Assembly (NCBI GenBank): GCA_977016875.1
Contig: CDRNST010000275.1
Coordinates: 248,001-312,000, forward strand
DNA from: Pavona decussata
Taxonomy: Eukaryota
Length of the DNA: 64,000 nt
Direction: 5' to 3'
The notes beneath the pieces are model-generated. The model was not told where the DNA came from and did not search any database. It saw only the letters and a program-made list of their open reading frames with translations. The translations under genes were made by a program, and so were the position numbers. Shown here piece by piece: positions 57,390 through 64,000 of the stretch (position 1 is the stretch's first letter; the number at the start of each line of letters is the position of its first letter).

Positions 57390-60300
57390 CCCTTTAGGGG
57401 TGCGTTCTTTCTACGTCGAACGCAACGAAAATGATGATTTATTAGTAACATTGTGCATGCTCATTAAAATGATAACATTAATAGTAAGTGAGATCCGTTA
57501 AAAGAATTTACACAGCAATGCAAAATATAGAACATCAGTTTTACTGAAGTTGAAGGCAAAAAGCCGCATGCAAAGCGAAACATTTACACAAGGTGCGTAC
57601 ATAAAACGAAGAACAAATACGAGTGTTGTAAGTAGTTCGCTGATTCTCTTTAAAAATAAAATAAAACAAGAACAAATACGAGAAAACCCACTTTCTTGCC
57701 TTCGAAGAACTTCAAGCAAATTCACGTAAATGTTAACACATGTCGGAGAGAATGATCTCATGATTCATTTATTTTAACTAGTACTCAAACATGTTGCGGT
57801 GAGTAATGAGACAAAATAAGAGGGCCTTGTATTAGAATGAATACTGATGAAATTCGTTTGACATAAGACGCTAGAGAATTTCGATCAGGCTGCATGCATG
57901 CGGCTCTAATCTTCAGAAGCAAATAGTGAGAAATGTTTGGATTAAGGTTCTACAATATTCCTGTCTGTCATAATTGTAATAATTAAGTTTAGAAGATAAA
58001 CAAAATGAATGAAAGAAGTAAGGCTGCCACCTCAGGATTATCTTCGCAATAGCACTACTGTAACACTACCGAAGTCCTCTGTAGGTTAACATTTTCCTAT
58101 CTAATGAGTATGTGAATGGCGGGGGGGGGGGGGGGGGGGGGACATGGGGAACATGTCCATGGATCAATGGATGAGTTCAAGTACATGCATCAAAGTGCGC
58201 ACGATATACTAGTCTTATACTGATTCCGCCCAACAAGCAACGTAAGTGTGGCACTTCTATAGGCAAAAACAATAGCTTTAAGAAAACCAATCAGAAGTAT
58301 GTGGCGTCACAACATAATAACCAATTGAAGAGAAGCAATCCAAAATGGATTAAATTGACAAGAAAAAATCAAAGTAAATACAGACCCAGCAACAATAATG
58401 TTATAAATAAAATTCGCGTTCGCTAAACTACGCAACAGGTAAGTTTCAAACATGATTCGCCTGTGTTTTCTATGACTGACATATTTAGCAATTCATCGAC
58501 AAAAACTGAACAATCTTTAGTTCAGTCTTGTCAAGAAAGATATTCCCAACCACTTTGCGCCTGAATCCCTCACAAGTTCAAAGGCTTATGCTGATGATTT
58601 CTTTAACGGTATGCAATCTTACTGCAATATGGGAAATGATGATTTCTCATTGTATGAGACATTAAAAAGTATAATTGCTGATATTGACCCTAAATGCCAC
58701 ACATAAAAGGAAAAAACGGGAAAGCAAGAAGTCAACGTTTCATATCTTGTCATTTACCGATAGGATTTAGTTTTCCCTTTCCAGAAAAGACAATCTCTTG
58801 TTCAAGCAATGCAAATGTTTGTATTTTTGAAAGAATTGACGAGGCAAATGCAGTGCAATGTTTAGGGACAAACTTTTGAAAACACAATACACCTACCGCC
58901 ACGTTCTCAAAAATTAAAAGGGATATCAATCGAGATTGCCTTCCTCTGGGAATAAGCCTAGAGCTATTTTGTAATGTGAACGAATGATTTTATCGAATAT
59001 TCGCAGTGTAGTCGCTTCAAAAGAAACAATTATCTTTGCCAACGTGAAATATCCATCCTTCTGGAGATTCAGCCATATTTTTAAAAAAATTTAGAACAAC
59101 CTGGCTGCAAAGAGCCAAAACGGTTGCTTCTTCCAATTAATAATTGATCAAAAATAAATTTTAGACGGATTAAACGGAATAACATGCTGACATTAAATAT
59201 CCTTACGACCTGTCGGAGGCCAATAAAGATCGAAACTGCGACATAACAACGAGATTATGTCTTCAACCCCCAAATAAGAGCTCATCTTCTTTTAGGGGAA
59301 AAGAAACAATTTGAATAGGCACGGCGGGTATAAGTAAAGGCTTTTCAATTGTATTTAACTCTCTCGTTCATTGAAACTCTAGGGACTTTATCTGTTAACT
59401 TCGAGAAATGACAACATGAAGACTATATCTTAGGAGAATTTGTTCAAGAGCGTTTATTTTATTTTGTGAAGGCATATACCAAGGCCTTACTTGAGGTTTG
59501 TGATATTTCCAAAGATGGTGAACAGAGAGATTTATATTTGGCATGGCGCTCTAGTCGCTCTGCGCAAAGCAAGGTTAATCTGCCGTTTATCTACAGCCAT
59601 TTATCACTTAAACTGAAACTTTCTCATTGAAACCGAAAAAGACAGCTGAAAAAAGTGGAAAATTTAGACGGAAGAATCATTAAATGGTAACGTTGTTGTT
59701 TCTGCTATTTTAATTGCCGTAAACGTGATGTTTAGTCTTTCTAAAATCTCCGTTTAAATTAACGCACCCTTGGAAGCAAACTTTGGCAGCAACTTTGGCA
59801 GCAGACGCGCGATTTGGAAACAGCTAGAACGAGCAATTCAGATTTTCGAGGTTTTCCACACGTGCACTTAAAAACGTTTGTGGTCAGACTGCGGGGCACG
59901 ATCTCAAATATAGTAAACGCCCGGCAGTCAGTAATTTTCCTCGAATTTCTACAGGAACGATTGAATCACTCTTGAGAGTATTCAGATTTTTGTTTGGATA
60001 TAACAAACGATTCTAAAAATTATGTCGGTTTTGTAGTGGACGAATGTAAGATACAAAGGTGATGTTAAGACTCGAACTGTCACGCCACAATTACCACGAC
60101 CACTATGGCCTCTCTCCGAATAGTACCCTTCCGAACAATAAAGTAAAAAAAAAAAAAAACAAAAGTAAAAAACATTTTCCCATCACCTGCCATCATAGGA
60201 ACAGAAAATAGACGAATGTTGAGGATATCTCAAAAAATTCGTCTACTACACAACCAAAATAATTTGTAGAATCGCTTGGTATTTCTAAACAAACATTGAA

Positions 60301-61119
60301 CAACCTTACTGCAAAGAGCCAAAAGGGTTGCTTCTTCTTATTAATAATTGATCAAAAGTAAATTTCCATTTGACGTTGTCACTCAAATTTTGGACAGATT
60401 AAACGGAATAACTTGCTGAAATTAACCATTCTTACGATCTATCGGAAGATAAGCATCAAAACTGCAACATAACAACGTTTTTATGTCTTCAACCTTCACG
60501 GTAAGAGCTGGTTTTTTCTTTAGAGGAAAGAAACAATTCTAATAAGCACGGCTGTCGTAAATAAAGGCTTTTCAATTCTTTTGAACTTTCTAGTTTATTT
60601 CCAAAGTCGGTAAAGATATTAGAGAGATTTGTAATTGGCATGGCGCTCTTGTTGCTCCACCCACAGCGTGATAAATTTGCCGTTTATCTACAACCATCTA
60701 TTACTTAACTGCGACTTTCTTGAAACCAAAAAAGACAGCTGAAAACGTGGAAAAATAAGACGACGGGAAAATCATTAAATGATAACGTGGTTATTTCTGC
60801 TTTTTTGATTGCCGTAAAGTACAGAACGTGATGTTTATTCTTTCTAACATCTATGTTTTAATAACGCACCCTTTGGCAGCAAACTTTCATTCAAAACAGA
60901 GAATCGCACGATTTGGTGAACAGCTAGAAGGAGCTCGAGCAATTCAGGTCTTCAAGGTTTGTGACACTTTGTCGTGAAACAAACATCAAATACTCTCAAA
61001 AGTGTTTGATCATGACTTTTAGTGGCAATTCGATGAAAATTTCTGAGTGCCGGGCGTTTAGGGTATTTGAGACCGTGCCCGGCTGCCGGGTATATAGCCA
61101 CAGCGCAATACTGTTCTTT

Positions 61120-61416
61120 AGGCCCGTTTAAACGATTTCAACATTCGGTTCAGCGTGCGTTCAACATTTGTTTGAACCAAATGTTTAGGGAATTTGAACA
61201 GGTTGTCCAGCATTGTTGAAAGCGTGTTGAATCAAATTTAAGTCGGTTTAAACTTTCATTCAACATCGATACAACATTTCCTTTGTTCTCAAAAATGTGA
61301 ATGGTGTTGAAGCCGTTTGAACACTCCGTTCAACATTTGTCCAACATTTGCCCAACATCCGTTCAACTTTTGTTGAACGGATGTTGTTCAAGTGTCGAAA
61401 TCGTTTAAAAGGACCT
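61120..61416. mobile_element. PIF/Harbinger-like MITE with internal TTCAAC/GTTGAA repeats
   Basis: aggcccgtttaaacgatttcaaca...tgtcgaaatcgtttaaaaggacct, flanked by TTA-like triplets. Confidence 0.65.
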
Positions 61417-62358
61417 TTAGGCTTTCAATGTAAAGCAACAGGAATTTAAATTACGAACGTTGCATGCATTTCGAGTTTGGAATGAATCACTTTCCTTCCA
61501 ATGGGTCCTGAAGGCGCCGGTTGGAAACTCTACCACTTAGCGGTGAAGAAGGCCTAGGGTCACTGTTAGGGACTTCAAAAACCACGACGGCAAAAACGTT
61601 GATTGAAAATACAAGTTCGCGTTACTGACTTGTCCTACTTTGCAATTATTCTAACTACAGTTCAACTTGTAGAATGTGGCCGTCAACTATCCAGTAACAA
61701 AACGTGTGAGAAAGGCGTTCAAGTTGAGACAGAATGGAAAATTTACTGTCATATATTCACGTTCTTCACAAAACCTTGAATTTGGTCCTTTCAAATTGTT
61801 GTTTGGCTGTGTACAGCGAAGAAATATACCAAATTTATAACGCAAAGTGCAGAGCCTTTGTTTTTCCCATTAAATCCTATCGTTTTGTGGCGTTCTCGTT
61901 GCCGTCGCCGTAATAGCTTCTTAAACTCGGGCCTTGTTAGTTAGCCTCCAACTTCGTCGTTTTTGAAAACGTAAGATCACACTACAAGCCTAAGTGGTCT
62001 ATGCGGCCGGAGCTTAGCCCGGTTTCTGTAGCCTGAAGCAACTAGACTGATCGAGTATTGCTTTAGTTTTGTTTTCAGCAGAGTCTTGGATAAATATCCT
62101 TAAGGAGTAGCGTAACGCAAGGTTAAATTGTAAATGGCTGGAGCAAATTTTTCTTAATTGCTAACGGAGAGAAAATAGTAAAGATGGAGGGAAAGGAGAA
62201 CAAAAAATAAGAAGAAAAAACGGGCAAAGAAAAATAAAAGGTTTTTTCCTTTGTTTTCAAAAGTGGAAATGTTATGCATATTTTTATTCCGGGCAGTTCC
62301 GTATTAATCCCGCATTCGCCAAGAAGTTAACGCATTCCTTGCTTCCCTTCCAGCCGGA

Positions 62359-63433
62359 ATGAAGTACGCCATTGTGCATCTGCTGATATGCTGGTTTTCC
62401 CAGCTCAGTCGTGGGCAGTCTCTGTAAGCCAGCATCTTACTCAGTGCAAGATCAGGTGCTTAAAAATCACACCATCATGGCTGGCCCCGCAGAGCGAATA
62501 GTAGAGTGTGTTATGCAGTGCATAGATCATCCTGGTTGCCATAGCAGCAACTTTTATCACAAGGACAGAGTGTGTGAGCTGAATGACAAGACGCATGCGT
62601 CTCACCCTGAAGATATGAGAGAAGAGCATTTCACTAACTATATGGTGAACACTTTCAGACCATTCACCTGCAGCAAAGACTCCGACTGTGGCAGTAATTT
62701 GCTTTGCCTGCCATCGTTGAGGTGTGGAGGTAGGTGTAATCACTATATACCCGCATTCCTGGGGAGCTGAGCCCACAGTTTGCTTTAGTCAGCGCCCTCA
62801 GTACTGCTTTACATGAAGAAACGCGTATGTTCTCAGAACGAGATGGCTATGATTGCCAAGGTGTTCGAATTTTTATACTGAAACAATTGCAGTTAGCTTT
62901 TTAATATGTGTTTGAAGCATGCATTGCTAGTAAAATTGTTTAGTTGATTAACTTGAAGGATTTTCTCCTGACATCAATCTTGTTTTTGTTTGTTTCTTGT
63001 GAATCTGTAGAAGAAACTCCGAGCGCGTAATATGAGAATATTGTGCTGTTTACATCTCGGAATTTTGCACAACAAGCAGCGTTTATTTGTTATTTTTCCG
63101 ATAGAATGCGTCATCCGCGCACTTGGAATGGAAAACAATGACATACCAGACTCAGCTGTAACGGCTTCTTCGTCTTATTCAGATAGCCAGCATGAGCCGT
63201 GGCGAGGTCGTCTCAATAATGTACCTGATGGCGATGGCGGTTGGGGTTGCTGGTTGGCGGGAACCTGGACTCTAGGAGAATGGCTGCAAATTGATCTTGG
63301 GAAGGAGAAGTTGCTGACAAAACTCGCCACACAGGGGAGGCCTTCCTTTGACCAGTGGGTGCTTTCATACAAAATCCTATTCAGTTCAGACGGAATAAGC
63401 TGGAAGGAATACAAGGAAAATGGTGCTGTGAAG
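62359..63433 (+). pseudogene. PAN/apple + discoidin gene, copy 4. Exons 62359-62729 and 63105-63433; last exon beyond the window; +1 frameshift in the signal peptide as assembled
   Basis: Exon 1 is 371 nt versus 370 nt in copy 3. An extra T in TGGTTTTCCC (62395-62398) gives TAA at 62425-62427. The rest of both exons is open with intact splice sites. Confidence 0.75.
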
Positions 63434-64000
63434 GTAATTGTAGTGCAAGTATAAAAACGTTTGTACTATATGAACAGGACCACACACACATTTAAAATAA
63501 TTGAAAGGGATTAAATTTCACCGAAGTCAAAGAAAACCAAACTTTATCTAACTTTTTTCAAGGCTATGGCTCGCGTGTAGTTGGTAACCATTGTAAACGT
63601 GAAAATCAAAACTAATGGAAATCGCTTCAAACTATCAACTTGTTTAGTCCGAATTTCCAACGGACAGCTTTTGCAACATCGTTAGCGGCTGAGAAAAACC
63701 TCTGTGTAGTTGCTTTTGGTGGAGAGTTGTTTAAACTTTCAACGACACTCAGTGGCTGATGACAATGACCTCACAACGAACCAACCTGAGAACAACCGAG
63801 AAACGCCCAGGAAATCGTTTTAGCACGCGAGACAGGTGCTATGGCTTTGGTGTTTTGCAAGTGTCTCAAGGTTTTTTAGGCAATAATAAGAGAGCGCAGT
63901 ACAACAAACGAGACTCAAAGACCCAAAGTGAATAACACATTTAGTGGATTAAATAAGATACTACTGAATTCTTAGAACACAAATGCAATGAAAGACTAGG

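Overview
This is eukaryotic, AT-rich, intron-containing DNA. Its repeat and gene content look like a cnidarian, most likely a stony coral (inference). Genes, in order: (i) the last exons of one paralog (268-2948) and a complete second paralog (8948-19277, about 2173 aa) of an uncharacterised giant protein. It has a 5.5-kb uninterrupted alpha-helical exon and a spliced C-terminal cysteine-containing domain that resembles bacterial PcfJ-like proteins. (ii) An intronless NERD-nuclease/SF1-helicase gene with Schlafen-like architecture, broken by two frameshifts (21710-23729). (iii) A MARVEL-like 4-TM gene with four coding exons on the minus strand (27762-31181). (iv) A tandem array of four secreted-protein genes. 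Nearly the same signal+PAN/apple exon is joined to a WSC-like exon in copies 1-2 and to F5/8 type C (discoidin) exons in copies 3-4. An 8.6-8.8 kb tandem duplication with a 6-bp microhomology junction created copy 2 as a promoter-swapped chimera. Non-coding DNA holds LINE fragments, many MITEs with readable TSDs, tRNA-derived SINEs (two of them foldback), a retrozyme-type hammerhead ribozyme and Penelope-type minimal hammerhead variants. All exon models come from splice consensus and frame continuity, with no transcript data.
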